Positions 1 through 9,348 of a DNA stretch of 64,000 nt are shown one piece after another. Position 1 is the first letter of the stretch. Each line of letters begins with the position of its first letter. This DNA is from an uncultured Alphaproteobacteria bacterium (GTDB taxonomy: Bacteria; Pseudomonadota; Alphaproteobacteria; Rhizobiales; Beijerinckiaceae). A program made the translations under genes and the position numbers. A model generated the notes under the pieces. The model was not told the origin of the DNA, ran no database searches, and saw only the letters and a list, made by a program, of their open reading frames with translations. The DNA lies in assembly GCA_963787135.1 (NCBI GenBank), contig CAWBBW010000046.1:1532-65531 (forward strand), in the 5' to 3' direction.

Positions 1-133
1 GCCGTTTTCGTGTCGAGGCGGGAGCAACCGCGCCAGGGCGCCAACCTATCGCGGCGCTAGATTGGCGCGCCGGTCTCCAATCGCGATAGCGCATCTGAAA
101 GGGCGCGCCGATCCGGCTCGTTCGTAGGCCGTC

Positions 134-370
134 CTAGCTTCGCGTGGGCGTTGATCGCGCGCGTACCTTCGGCCGGACCGACGCGCTTTTCGGTCTTGCA
201 AGCGACAGACGTGCTATGCGGATCCATTGTTCGGACATCCGCGCGCGGCTAGCTTCGCCCTCTCCTCGGCGCGCCATCGCGTAGCCCTGCTGACCACTAT
301 CGCGAACCAGCGTATCCGCTTCCGCTGCGATCTGTCTCGCCCTCTCCCGGCGTCCCAACCATGAAAGCAT
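134..370 (-). CDS. Small hypothetical protein (MLSWLGRRERARQIAAEAD...)
   Basis: ATG at 370 inside the 134..442 ORF; helical sequence; a degraded paralogue lies immediately upstream. Confidence 0.45.
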   Translation of the reverse strand: MLSWLGRRERARQIAAEADTLVRDSGQQGYAMARRGEGEASRARMSEQWIRIARLSLARPKSASVRPKVRARSTPTRS

Positions 371-438
371 GGAAATGCCCCCGTGCCCGTCCCGGGTGAT
401 CCCGGCACACATGACCGTCGTGCGCAACCTTTTGAGTG

Positions 439-715
439 TCACAAAGCGTGTCGCGAGCTAAAAACAAGACTACAAATTATCGCGTTTCCTAGTCTCCGGC
501 TGAAGGCAGGGAAGGCCTCGGACCGCGCCCGTCGAGCGTCTGTGACGTTTGCATCGCGGTCGACCTTGTGTCTGGCGCGCTCAGACGCGATCAGCGCGAC
601 ACGGTTCCAGACCCGCGCCATCATAAGAGTATCTGTCTGGCGTTCCCGTCGCTGCGCTTCCACATAACCTCCCGCCGGGAACGCGGATAAGCGCGTCCGC
701 CTCAGCCTCTATTTG
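439..715 (-). pseudogene. Frameshifted, 5'-truncated paralogue of the 134-370 protein
   Basis: QIEAEADALIRVPGG in one frame continues as GYVEAQRRERQTDTLMMARVWNRVAL in another; aligns with QIAAEADTLVRDSGQQGYAMARRGEGE...QWIRIA; in-frame stop upstream and no start codon. Confidence 0.4.
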
Positions 716-1158
716 TTGAAATCCAGTTGCGTCGCGTCAGAGGCAGACCGGTTCTCCGCTTTCTCCGCTTCCGTAGCGAAAGATTCTGAGGCGGAAGCTT
801 GTCTGACGCTTGCGCAAGCGCTGCTGGTCTCGGCCCGCCTGCGCGTGGCGTCGATGGAGGCCCGTCGATAGGTAGGTCGAAGCGAGCGGGCGCGTGCGAT
901 AGGAGGCTTCGAGGAGTGAGGCGCGCAATGCCGTATGAGATTCCCGACAGGGACGCCGCAGCCGCGCCGAAGCGCCTGCCGCACGAGGCGGCGGATCTGG
1001 GCTCCTCCAGCCGAACCATGAACGGCGCGGTCCGGACGTTATGCCACATGGCGAGGAGCGCGAACTCGGCCTACCGTTAACTAAACAAGGGCTCGCAGTT
1101 CTCCGCGTACTGAAAATTTCGCGCGTTGGCCGCCCATTAATCAAGTGTCGGGGCAATC

Positions 1159-1386
1159 ATGACAAGGCGTTTGGACCCACGCGCCATCGAACACGCCACC
1201 GTGGGCGAAACCTCACTGCTCAACGAGATCAAACTGAAATTGGGCCACGCACGAGATTTAGCCGTCGCAGCGGGTGGCTTCGCGATGTTTTACTTTATTG
1301 AGATGGCCCTTCTAGAGGCGGAGGAACTGTCGAACAACAAGAAAGCCGCCGCAGAGAAAGCTCTCGCCACGGCGAGGGGCGCGTAG
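1159..1386 (+). CDS. Small hypothetical protein
   Basis: 75-aa ORF; DLAVAAGGFAMFYFIEMALLEA resembles AMAIAARLDLLAYFLGMAKAEG in the 24535-24873 protein. Confidence 0.5.
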   Translation: MTRRLDPRAIEHATVGETSLLNEIKLKLGHARDLAVAAGGFAMFYFIEMALLEAEELSNNKKAAAEKALATARGA

Positions 1387-1400
1387 GCGCCTTCCCGCAT

Positions 1401-1706
1401 TCAGTCGATCCGCTCGCTTGTCATAGGCTCGCCCTCCCGTGAACGCACCCCGCTCGCAAGGAGGGCGAGGGACATCGGGATGGACCCCTTGCTGGTCTGG
1501 TGGGGGACGCCACAGACAGCGGTCAGCATTCCGCACTCCAACGATAGAGAACAGGCCCGCCCGAACGCGCCCTCTCTCGGTGAGGCGCGATACCCCGCAT
1601 AGCCGAGGCTCGCGAAGCCGAGCAGCATCATCGCCCAGGTCGAGGATTCGGGCACGCCGCTAACCGCGGCGCGTTCGAGCGCGCGTTGGTCGAAATGGCG
1701 TGTCAT
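1401..1706 (-). pseudogene. Chimeric remnant containing a PEP-CTERM sorting tail
   Basis: Contains GVPESSTWAMMLLGFASLGYAGYR, nearly identical to the tail of 14555-15154; the N-terminal 15 aa resemble the N-terminus of 1159-1386; no signal peptide or passenger domain. Confidence 0.45.
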
Positions 1707-2347
1707 CGGTTGTCCCCGCGCGCTCCATAAAGACGCGAGGAAGCTCCCAGCCCCCGCGCCGTTCTGGCGATACGTCGATGGTGTCCATCAAGATCGCCCA
1801 GCAAAATCGTAATAAAAGACGCGCGGGTCGGCGCGCAGTGAGCGGGATCACGCCTTACTTACCGCTTCGGATCGGTCTAACTCTATGCTTGATGCCGCGA
1901 ACCCGGGGCGAGCAGGCGTGGGCGCCCTATTTGGCGGTGCTTCAAGTCGGACGCGGACTCGGCCCGCTAGACCACGGGGCGGATGATTTCCGCCACAATT
2001 CGCCGATAGGCGTCAGAATGGAAGCGCATTTGGGCTTGTCCCCGGCCCGCACTTCCTATCGGCGGCAGGTCCTTATTAGGCCCCCCGAGGACCTGCCGCT
2101 ATGGCCGGCTTCATTGCGATTTGGGGGGTTAACATTTTACTGGACACCTCCCCGAAAATTGTTCGAATCAGAGACGCTGCGGGGTGGGCGACCCTCAGGT
2201 TAAAATCGCAGTACGGTGGACCTGTCTTCACTGGGCGGCTCAGGCAAGCCGTAGCCTGAGCCGCGCTGGTGTTCGTTGCGGAGAGGCCGCCGATCAATGG
2301 CGCGCGTCAAGCCCGTCAGCGCCGCGCTTTCGCCCCGTGCATAGGCC

Positions 2348-2578
2348 TCAGAGTGTCGAGGTCGACGCAAAAGGCTTTGTCTCGCCCCGCCCTGCCCGCG
2401 GGAGATCATGCACTATGATTTCCGCATTGTCCGGGCCGCCCGCCTTCGCTTGAAGCTCCAGCGCATAGGTGTCGGCCTCTTCACGCGTGCGGAACATCCT
2501 GGTTCGCCCAGTCCCCAAATTTTTAGTGACCGAGAATTGACCCTTCGAATGGCAAATTATGGCGATTGTGACCATCAC
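2348..2578 (-). CDS. Small hypothetical protein
   Basis: 76-aa ORF with natural-looking composition; no motif recognised. Confidence 0.35.
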   Translation of the reverse strand: MMVTIAIICHSKGQFSVTKNLGTGRTRMFRTREEADTYALELQAKAGGPDNAEIIVHDLPRAGRGETKPFASTSTL

Positions 2579-2740
2579 ACCCTCCGCGTCGTCGAGGTTT
2601 CATCTCGCACGGCGGTCTTAAGGCGCGCCTAAAGCCGCAGGAGCAAATCTCCGGATGCTCCTTGATTACCCGAACAGACTTCCCCCCGCGCGCCGTCACC
2701 GTGCGTGCTCGACGTCGACGGGCGCGAGTTCATTCCGAGG

Positions 2741-2980
2741 TCAAAGGTTTCGCCATTGGGCTAGGGCTTGGAGGCCGACGGCGAGCGCTGTCGCTAACGC
2801 GGCCCAACGGTTAAGCCGGGCAACCTTCTCGAGGGCGGCGCTCATTTCCTCAAGACCACTGACCTTCCCGCCCCAGCCCGTTCCGAGGTTGGTAGGGATC
2901 ACGATCCGAGACGCCCAGAACCACAAACCCGCCGCAACCGCTCCGACGACTATCGACGAGTAGGAAAAGAAGCTGTGCAT
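2741..2980 (-). CDS. Small two-helix membrane protein, hypothetical
   Basis: 79 aa with hydrophobic segments at both ends. Confidence 0.5.
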   Translation of the reverse strand: MHSFFSYSSIVVGAVAAGLWFWASRIVIPTNLGTGWGGKVSGLEEMSAALEKVARLNRWAALATALAVGLQALAQWRNL

Positions 2981-3145
2981 CGTTCATCACCTGGCCGAGC
3001 CATGAGCGGGGCCACCCCGGAAGGTAGGAACCAAAACAGTCCGAAACCGTCCGGCGCAATCCGCGTCGAATTTAGGCGTTCTAATGTGCGTAGGAGACCA
3101 GGCTCGCCTAAAAAGCGAACATAAACAAGCACTTAAAGGCGGTGT

Positions 3146-3159
3146 TGGCGGAGACGGAG
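3146..3159 (+). repeat. att core repeat (distal end of the tRNA-Ser island)
   Basis: TGGCGGAGACGGAG is identical to 18374-18387, the last 14 nt of tRNA-Ser; lies 153 bp upstream of the integrase. Confidence 0.9.
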
Positions 3160-3280
3160 ACCGCCTAACCCCTGTCCAGCATTGTGTACCGCTGTCTTGT
3201 AAGACACTGTAAATACAGGCGTTTAATCCACCACTTGTCCACAGCAGTCTATTGACGTCGCCCCGCAGCCATGATTTAAG

Positions 3281-3300
3281 TTGGGGCAGAAGTTAGGGCA
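3281..3300 (+). promoter_or_regulatory. Paired integrase arm-type sites
   Basis: TTGGGGCA (3281) and TTAGGGCA (3293) 12 bp apart; the same pair occurs at 18299/18311 and, inverted, at 9418/9430. Confidence 0.65.
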
Positions 3301-3312
3301 AAGGCGGCGATC

Positions 3313-4533
3313 ATGGCTATCCGGCAACGCAAGCAGAACCTACTGACAGCGCGCGAACTCGCGAGCGCGAAGAAGCCGGGGCGCTATTCCGACGGGAACG
3401 GCCTCTATCTCGTGGTTCGACCGGGCGGCTCAAAGCAGTGGGCCTTCATCTACCGGCGCGGGGGCAAGCTGCGCGAAATGGGCTTGGGCTCGACGCTGAA
3501 AGGCGTGACGCTGGCAAAGGCGCGCGAACTACGGGACGAGGCGCGGGCGGCGCTAGCGTACGGCTCCGACCCGCTCGATACTCGACGCGAAGCCGAGACG
3601 ACCATCCCGACGTTCGGCGCCTACGCGCTCGCGCTCGTCGATCGCATCGAGGAGGGCTTTTCCAATCCGAAGCATCGCCAGCAGTGGCGCAATACCCTCA
3701 CGGAGTACGCAGCGCGGATTTGGAGCAAGCAGATCGACCAAGTGGACACAGCCTGCGTCTTGGCCTGTCTCGCACCGATTTGGCAGACGAAGCCCGAAAC
3801 CGCGTCACGTGTGCGCGGCCGGATCGAGCGCGTGCTCAATTCCGCGAAGGCAGAGGGCTATCGAACTGGTGAGAACCCGGCCGCATGGCGCGGGCATCTG
3901 GATGCGACGCTACCGAAGCCGAGGAAGCTCACCAGGGGCCATCATGCCGCCCTGCCCTACGACGACATGCCCGCGTTCATGGCCGAGCTTCGCCGCCGCC
4001 CGGCGCTTGCAGCGCTCGCGCTCGAACTGACGGTTCTGACAGCGACGCGCACGAGCGAAGTGCTGAATGCCGAGTGGCCCGAGTTCGACCTCGACGCGGG
4101 CTTGTGGACGATCCCGGCCGCGAGGATGAAGGCCCGCAAGGAGCACCGCGTCGCTCTGTCCGCTCGCGCGCTCGCCATCGTCAAGGAGATCGCCGCCGCT
4201 CGAACCTCGAAATTCGTGTTTCCCGGCCAGAAGCCCGGCAAGCCGCTTTCCAACATGTCGATGCTGATGTTGCTTGAGCGCATGGGTCGCGGGGCGCTGA
4301 CCGCTCACGGTTTCCGATCGTCATTCTCAGATTGGGCCTCCGAAGTCAGCCCGTTCCCGTCCGAGCTTCGCGAGAGCGTTCTCGCCCACACGATCGGCAA
4401 CAAAGCCGAAGCCGCCTACCGTCGCGGCGATGCGCTCGAAAAGCGCCGGGCGATGATGGAGGCATGGTCGCAATGGTGCGAGCCACGCGCGCCTGCCGAC
4501 AACGTGACGGTGTTCCGCACCTTGAGCGCATAG
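3313..4533 (+). CDS. Tyrosine integrase, P4/IntS-like with N-terminal arm-binding domain
   Basis: 406 aa; N-terminal YSDGNGLYLVV; catalytic R (ATRTSE), HGFR, LAH and AAYRR tyrosine. Confidence 0.96.
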   Translation: MAIRQRKQNLLTARELASAKKPGRYSDGNGLYLVVRPGGSKQWAFIYRRGGKLREMGLGSTLKGVTLAKARELRDEARAALAYGSDPLDTRREAETTIPTFGAYALALVDRIEEGFSNPKHRQQWRNTLTEYAARIWSKQIDQVDTACVLACLAPIWQTKPETASRVRGRIERVLNSAKAEGYRTGENPAAWRGHLDATLPKPRKLTRGHHAALPYDDMPAFMAELRRRPALAALALELTVLTATRTSEVLNAEWPEFDLDAGLWTIPAARMKARKEHRVALSARALAIVKEIAAARTSKFVFPGQKPGKPLSNMSMLMLLERMGRGALTAHGFRSSFSDWASEVSPFPSELRESVLAHTIGNKAEAAYRRGDALEKRRAMMEAWSQWCEPRAPADNVTVFRTLSA

Positions 4534-4634
4534 ACGACGCAGAGACGGGCGGGGATAGGCCGGCCAGCCGACAAGCCGAGACGCACCCTCGGCTTCCCCG
4601 CTCTCCTTTCGGTGCAAACGCAGGTGCGCGCGAC

Positions 4635-5234
4635 ATGGAAAGCCTTCCCTACATCACCGTCTATGAGGCGGTACGGCTCATCGTTGCAATGTTGCCGGGC
4701 GGCGAGCCGTTCCCGCCGACCCTGACGGACGAATGGATCAGGGGCGGATATGCGATGGAGGAGCCCGAAGGATCAAAACTTGTCGCGATCTATCGCGAGG
4801 CCGTCGACCTATTGAAACGCGCCGTCAGATCGCCGGACGTGCGGATCACTGGCGTATCGGCCAGCAGACGCGCTGACGGGCGCCGGGAGATCAGGGACGA
4901 GGAGCGGGGATTGAGGCTCGAAATGCGGTGGGGCCTATTCAGAGGAGACGCGACCATCGCCCCCGCGTTCCTCGACCCGCTCATATGCGCGGACGCCCTG
5001 AAGCGAGAGATTACGGACCTTCTCGACCCGCCGCGCTTTGGTAGCAATGCGTACAAGCAGCGGGCCGTTGATCAGCAACTCACCCGATATGCAGCGGCGC
5101 TGGACGACATGGGACCCGAGGAAGCGGTCCGCGTCATCACCAAGCGCGTCGCCCGCGAACACAAGGGCTTGTCCGTTGGCCGATCAATGATCATCGAGCG
5201 CCTCGCTGATCTCAAAAAGCGGAGCGCTGACTAG
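4635..5234 (+). CDS. Hypothetical protein
   Basis: ATG at 4635 in the 4332..5234 frame; 199 aa between integrase and xis-like gene. Confidence 0.6.
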   Translation: MESLPYITVYEAVRLIVAMLPGGEPFPPTLTDEWIRGGYAMEEPEGSKLVAIYREAVDLLKRAVRSPDVRITGVSASRRADGRREIRDEERGLRLEMRWGLFRGDATIAPAFLDPLICADALKREITDLLDPPRFGSNAYKQRAVDQQLTRYAAALDDMGPEEAVRVITKRVAREHKGLSVGRSMIIERLADLKKRSAD

Positions 5235-5244
5235 CCGCGCAAAC

Positions 5245-5269
5245 TCGGCAAAAGTCGGCAAAAGTCGGC
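5245..5269 (+). repeat. 10-bp tandem repeat (TCGGCAAAAG x2.5)
   Basis: tcggcaaaag tcggcaaaag tcggc in the intergenic region upstream of the xis-like gene. Confidence 0.8.
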
Positions 5270-5329
5270 TGAGACAGGCGGCGAAAACTGTACTTATTAG
5301 GAGACCTTCTCGAAGCAGGAAGGTCACCA

Positions 5330-5518
5330 GTGCAGCCCCAAGTCAATCCCCCGAAAGCGCGTCGCGTTTTAGACGCCTGCGCCGCGATCGGCATTTCCCG
5401 AGCGAAACTCTACCGCCTCCACCAGCACGGCAAGGTCAAATTCACCAAAATCGGCGGAAGGACGCTGATTTCCGAAGCTGAACTCGATCGCCTAGTGCGC
5501 GAGGGCGAGGAGGCGTGA
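5330..5518 (+). CDS. Excisionase/AlpA-like helix-turn-helix protein
   Basis: 62 aa; DACAAIGISRAKLYRL...KIGGRTLI pattern; AGGAAG ribosome-binding site. Confidence 0.85.
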   Translation: MQPQVNPPKARRVLDACAAIGISRAKLYRLHQHGKVKFTKIGGRTLISEAELDRLVREGEEA

Positions 5519-6456
5519 CACCCGAGGGGGCGTCCGGAGCCGCGCTTGATTGCGAGCGCGACCCCGGAGCTTCTGATCATCGGTCGGGCGGCCGGTGCGA
5601 AGCTACGCCTACAGCAGCCATAGCGCGACAGCACCGCACCATGTGTGACTGCGCGCTCGCCTATGCCCGGCTCGGCATGGCCGTCTTTCCCGTCTGGCCC
5701 GGCGAGAGCAAAAATCCACTCACCGCTCACGGTTTCAAGAACGCGTCGACTGACGAAGCGACCATCCGCGCGTGGTGGAAGCGATGGCCCTTTGCCGAGA
5801 TCGCATGGGCCGTGTCGCATGAGTTCGTTGTCGTCGACCTTGACGAAAAGCACGGCCACCACGGCCTCGACGATTTCCTCGTGCGCGAGGGCGTCCATCC
5901 CTTCGACGTCGACACGCCCATTGCCACCAGCCCGAGCGGCGGCGCGCATCTGTACTTCGCGACCTGCGGCGAGAAGTTCCAGAACAAGACCAACATCGCG
6001 GGGACGGGGATCGACCTTCGCACGATCGGCGGCTACGTCGTCACGCCCGCGTCGAACAACGGCCGCAAGTGGCTGAAGACCCTCGAATGGCCGGTTCTCC
6101 CGGTTCCCGCATGGGTTCCGCGCGCGTCGGTTTCCGAGCCCCATGAGGTCGGGGAAGCCTCCGAGTTCAAGGGCACCACGTCCTACTCGACGGCGGCGCT
6201 CCGGATGGCGGTGCGATCCATCCGCTCAGCCCCCTGCGGGTCGCAGGAAGCCACGCTGAACCGCGAATGCTTCTGCATCGGATCGCTCGTCGGGGCAGGG
6301 CAACTCGACGCCGAAACGGCGCTCAAGGCCCTCCTGTCCGCCGCGGAGGCAATGGTCGCCCATACCTCACCTTGGGGAGACCTTACACCGAAAGTCGCCC
6401 GTATTTTCAAGCAGGGCAGGGCGAAGCCGCGCAAGCTCAAGGAACAGCAGTCGTGA
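5515..6456 (+). CDS. Bifunctional DNA primase/polymerase (Prim-Pol)
   Basis: LAYARLGMAVFP, VVDLDEK, SPSGGAHLYF, GIDLRTIGGYVV motifs; GTGA overlap with upstream gene (start could instead be 5641). Confidence 0.9.
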   Translation: MTPEGASGAALDCERDPGASDHRSGGRCEATPTAAIARQHRTMCDCALAYARLGMAVFPVWPGESKNPLTAHGFKNASTDEATIRAWWKRWPFAEIAWAVSHEFVVVDLDEKHGHHGLDDFLVREGVHPFDVDTPIATSPSGGAHLYFATCGEKFQNKTNIAGTGIDLRTIGGYVVTPASNNGRKWLKTLEWPVLPVPAWVPRASVSEPHEVGEASEFKGTTSYSTAALRMAVRSIRSAPCGSQEATLNRECFCIGSLVGAGQLDAETALKALLSAAEAMVAHTSPWGDLTPKVARIFKQGRAKPRKLKEQQS

Positions 6457-7964
6457 ACGCCATGTCTTCTGCCCCAAAGGTTCTGTACCCGCATCAGCAG
6501 CGCGCGCTCGACGAGATCAAGCAAGCAATCGCGGACGGCAAGAAACGGATCATAGTTCAGGCACCGACCGGCTTCGGCAAGACGCTGACCGCTGCGTGGT
6601 TGATCCGCGAATACATCGAAACAGGCGGCCGTATCATTTTCACGGTGCCGTTTCTGTCGCTGATCAAGCAGACCGTAGAGGCGCTATGGGCGGAAGGGTT
6701 TCGAGGCTGCGTCGGCGTGATCCAGGGGAAACACCGTCTCACCAACCCCATGATGCCGATACAGGTTTGCTCTGTGGAGACGCTTCGGCGACGGGACATC
6801 CCCCGCGCCGCGCTTGTCGTCGTCGACGAGGCGCACCGTCAGTTCGAGTTCGTGCAAGACGAGTGGATGGCCGATCCGGAGTGGGCGAACACGCCGTTCA
6901 TCGGGTTGTCGGCGACGCCGTGGAGCGTCGGGCTCGGGAAACACTGGAAAGACTTGATCATCGCCTCGACGACGCGGGAGTTAATCGACCTCAAGTTTCT
7001 GTCGGATTTCGTCGTCTATGCGCCAAGTCAGCCCGACCTGACCGGCATCAAGACCATCGCCGGAGACTACCACGAGGGCCAACTCGCCAAGAGGATCGAC
7101 CAGCCGAAGCTAGTCGGCGACGTGATCGAGACATGGATCAAGCGCGGCGAGAACCGCCCGACGCTCTGCTACGGCATCAACCGCGCCCACGCGGAACACC
7201 TTCAACAAAGGTTCGTCGAGCGCGGTATCGCCGCCGAATACATGGACGGCTTCACCGAGCGTGATGATCGTGAACGCACATTCGACAGGTTTCGATCCGG
7301 CGAAACGAAGATCATCTGCAACGTAGGCGTGCTTACGACTGGCGTAGACCTGCCGTTGACCTCATGCATTATTGACGCAAGGCCGACGAAATCGGAAAGG
7401 CTCTATGTCCAGACGATTGGGCGTGGCTTGAGGACTTCGCCGGGCAAAGATAAGTGCATCGTCCTCGATCACGGCGGAAACGCCTTACGCCTCGGGCTGG
7501 TAACCGATATCCACTACGACAAGCTGGACGACGGGAAACACGGCGCCGCCGGGGATGCGCCTGAGCCTCCGGAGCGAGGCATCCCGTTGCCTCGTGCTTG
7601 CGAGAAATGCGCGGCCGTCCTGCCGGCGAAGTCGATCACGTGCACCGAATGCGGACATGTCAGGGAGGCGAAATCACAGGTCGTCCACGCGGACGGCGAA
7701 CTCGTCGAATACGGATCGGGCGAGCATGAGGCATGGGTTGCGACCATCGCCGACCAGACCGCCTTCTATTGCGAGTTGATGTGGATCGTCGGCGATCGTG
7801 GACACAAGGAGGGATGGGCGGCTCACAAGTTCAAGGAGCGGTTCGGCCATTTCCCCCCGTGGGGCTGGCGCAGCCTTCCGTCCCGCGAGCCGAGCCTTGC
7901 CACGAAGAACTGGATCAGGTCGCGCAATATCGCCTGGGTAAAGGGGAGGGCGGCTCGTGGCTAA
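6453..7964 (+). CDS. Superfamily 2 DEAD/DEAH-type helicase with C-terminal zinc ribbon
   Basis: APTGFGKT, VDEAH, GLSATP, QTIGRGLR; CEKC...CTEC; GTGA coupling at 6453. Confidence 0.92.
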   Translation: MNAMSSAPKVLYPHQQRALDEIKQAIADGKKRIIVQAPTGFGKTLTAAWLIREYIETGGRIIFTVPFLSLIKQTVEALWAEGFRGCVGVIQGKHRLTNPMMPIQVCSVETLRRRDIPRAALVVVDEAHRQFEFVQDEWMADPEWANTPFIGLSATPWSVGLGKHWKDLIIASTTRELIDLKFLSDFVVYAPSQPDLTGIKTIAGDYHEGQLAKRIDQPKLVGDVIETWIKRGENRPTLCYGINRAHAEHLQQRFVERGIAAEYMDGFTERDDRERTFDRFRSGETKIICNVGVLTTGVDLPLTSCIIDARPTKSERLYVQTIGRGLRTSPGKDKCIVLDHGGNALRLGLVTDIHYDKLDDGKHGAAGDAPEPPERGIPLPRACEKCAAVLPAKSITCTECGHVREAKSQVVHADGELVEYGSGEHEAWVATIADQTAFYCELMWIVGDRGHKEGWAAHKFKERFGHFPPWGWRSLPSREPSLATKNWIRSRNIAWVKGRAARG

Positions 7965-8397
7965 GGGCATGAACGGCGGGACAGACCGCTTCTTCAAGCT
8001 GCACCACTACATGCTCAAGAGCGAGGAGTGGCAGGCGATGTCCGCCGGCGCGAGCCGTGTCTACATCCAACTTGGTTCTCGCTACAACGGGAGCAACAAC
8101 GGGACGCTGGCGATGTCCGCGCGGGACGCCGCTAAAGAGTGCCGGCTCAACAAGGACACGGCGGCGAACGCCTTCAAGGAGCTTATCGAGCGCGGTTTCA
8201 TCGTGGAGACGCGCCACGGGAGCCTGAGCCGCAAGACCCGCATCGCCAGCGAGTGGAGGCTGACAGCATTTCAGTGCGACCTGACCGGCGCACCCGCGTC
8301 GAACCTGTTCATGGAGCGGGGCGCACAAGCGCGTGACAGCCGCATGGCGCGAGCCCGGCCGCAGGCAAAGCTGCACGTGGTTCAGGCAGCCGAATAA
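7957..8397 (+). CDS. Winged-helix protein, putative replication initiator
   Basis: SARDAAKECRLNKDTAANAFKELIERGFI helix-turn-helix; directly followed by iteron-like repeats. Confidence 0.7.
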   Translation: MAKGMNGGTDRFFKLHHYMLKSEEWQAMSAGASRVYIQLGSRYNGSNNGTLAMSARDAAKECRLNKDTAANAFKELIERGFIVETRHGSLSRKTRIASEWRLTAFQCDLTGAPASNLFMERGAQARDSRMARARPQAKLHVVQAAE

Positions 8398-8425
8398 CAC
8401 AAATTAGTGGCGTCAAATTCCTGGG

Positions 8426-8547
8426 CCTGTCCGAAACGAAGGACAGTCCTGTCCGAAACGAGGGACAGTCCTGTCCGGTTTTAGGGGACAGCCTGTCCTA
8501 AACGAGGGACAGTCGAGGGGGTTCGCCTGTCCGGTTTTAGGGGACAC
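8426..8547 (+). repeat. Five 22-bp iteron-like repeats (putative origin)
   Basis: Units at 8426, 8448, 8470, 8492 and 8526, each CCTGTCC-N8/9-GGACA(G). Confidence 0.9.
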
Positions 8548-8949
8548 ATATAGATGTCTACCATCTCCCCCCAAGGGAGAGGGGTCTATTCTTAACCCCG
8601 CCGAGCCCAGCCAGCCGACGCCGGACCCGGACGAACCGAAGCCCAGCGGAGCCCAGGGCGATGGTCGCTCTTGACGACGTCGCCGTCGCACTGACCGGCG
8701 AGCCGTCGTGCTGATAGGACGTTGCAGGCCAGCGCGGTATCTTGATACCACACGCGCACGCGCGAGCGCCCTGGGCTGACAGGGAACACGTGTCCTATCC
8801 GCGCGCCGTCCGGCCTCCGAACATTTCGCGCGGCGCTGTCAGATCGCCGCGGTCAGCGATTTCCTGGCAGCGCTGCCCCCGTTGACGTGTGGTAGACTTC
8901 CGGTGCGAAAGTTCTGCCGATCAGACCTTGACCTCTTTGGGGCTCCGTC

Positions 8950-9240
8950 ATGAAGGCGATGATGGCTGCGGCGGTTGGTCTGTTGCTCGCTGCGACGCCT
9001 GCGGGTGCCATGACCGGGCAAGAGTTCCTACAAGTGTACGACGACAGTCCCCTGGTGGAGGAGCCTGCCGTTATGAAGCCACTCGTGCGCCAGTTTGTCA
9101 GCGAGGGCTACCATAACGTTCCCGGCTGGGCTTACCTTGGCGAAATGACGCACGCGCTGATCCTCGAAAAGGGTTACCGCGACAAAGACATTGCCGAGAT
9201 CGCGAGGGAGGCGGCGATCGCAAATGGCATGTCCAAATGA
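8950..9240 (+). CDS. Secreted hypothetical protein
   Basis: 96 aa; signal peptide MKAMMAAAVGLLLAATPAGA. Confidence 0.65.
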   Translation: MKAMMAAAVGLLLAATPAGAMTGQEFLQVYDDSPLVEEPAVMKPLVRQFVSEGYHNVPGWAYLGEMTHALILEKGYRDKDIAEIAREAAIANGMSK

Positions 9241-9348
9241 GGATGACCTTGGCGTCTGTGTCGTCGACCGTCACATCGCGATCATCTTGGCGATGGCCGG
9301 TAGCTGCAAGGCCGGCTGCTGGCTGCCGGCTCGCATAGGCGTGGCGGA

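Noticed and set aside
8426-8547. Iteron array as a CRISPR array
   Set aside because: Units are contiguous with no unique spacers, and no cas genes are present.
8950-9240. Secreted protein as a T6SS immunity (Rap1a-like) protein
   Set aside because: Only a vague N-terminal resemblance; it has no cysteines and no adjacent effector.
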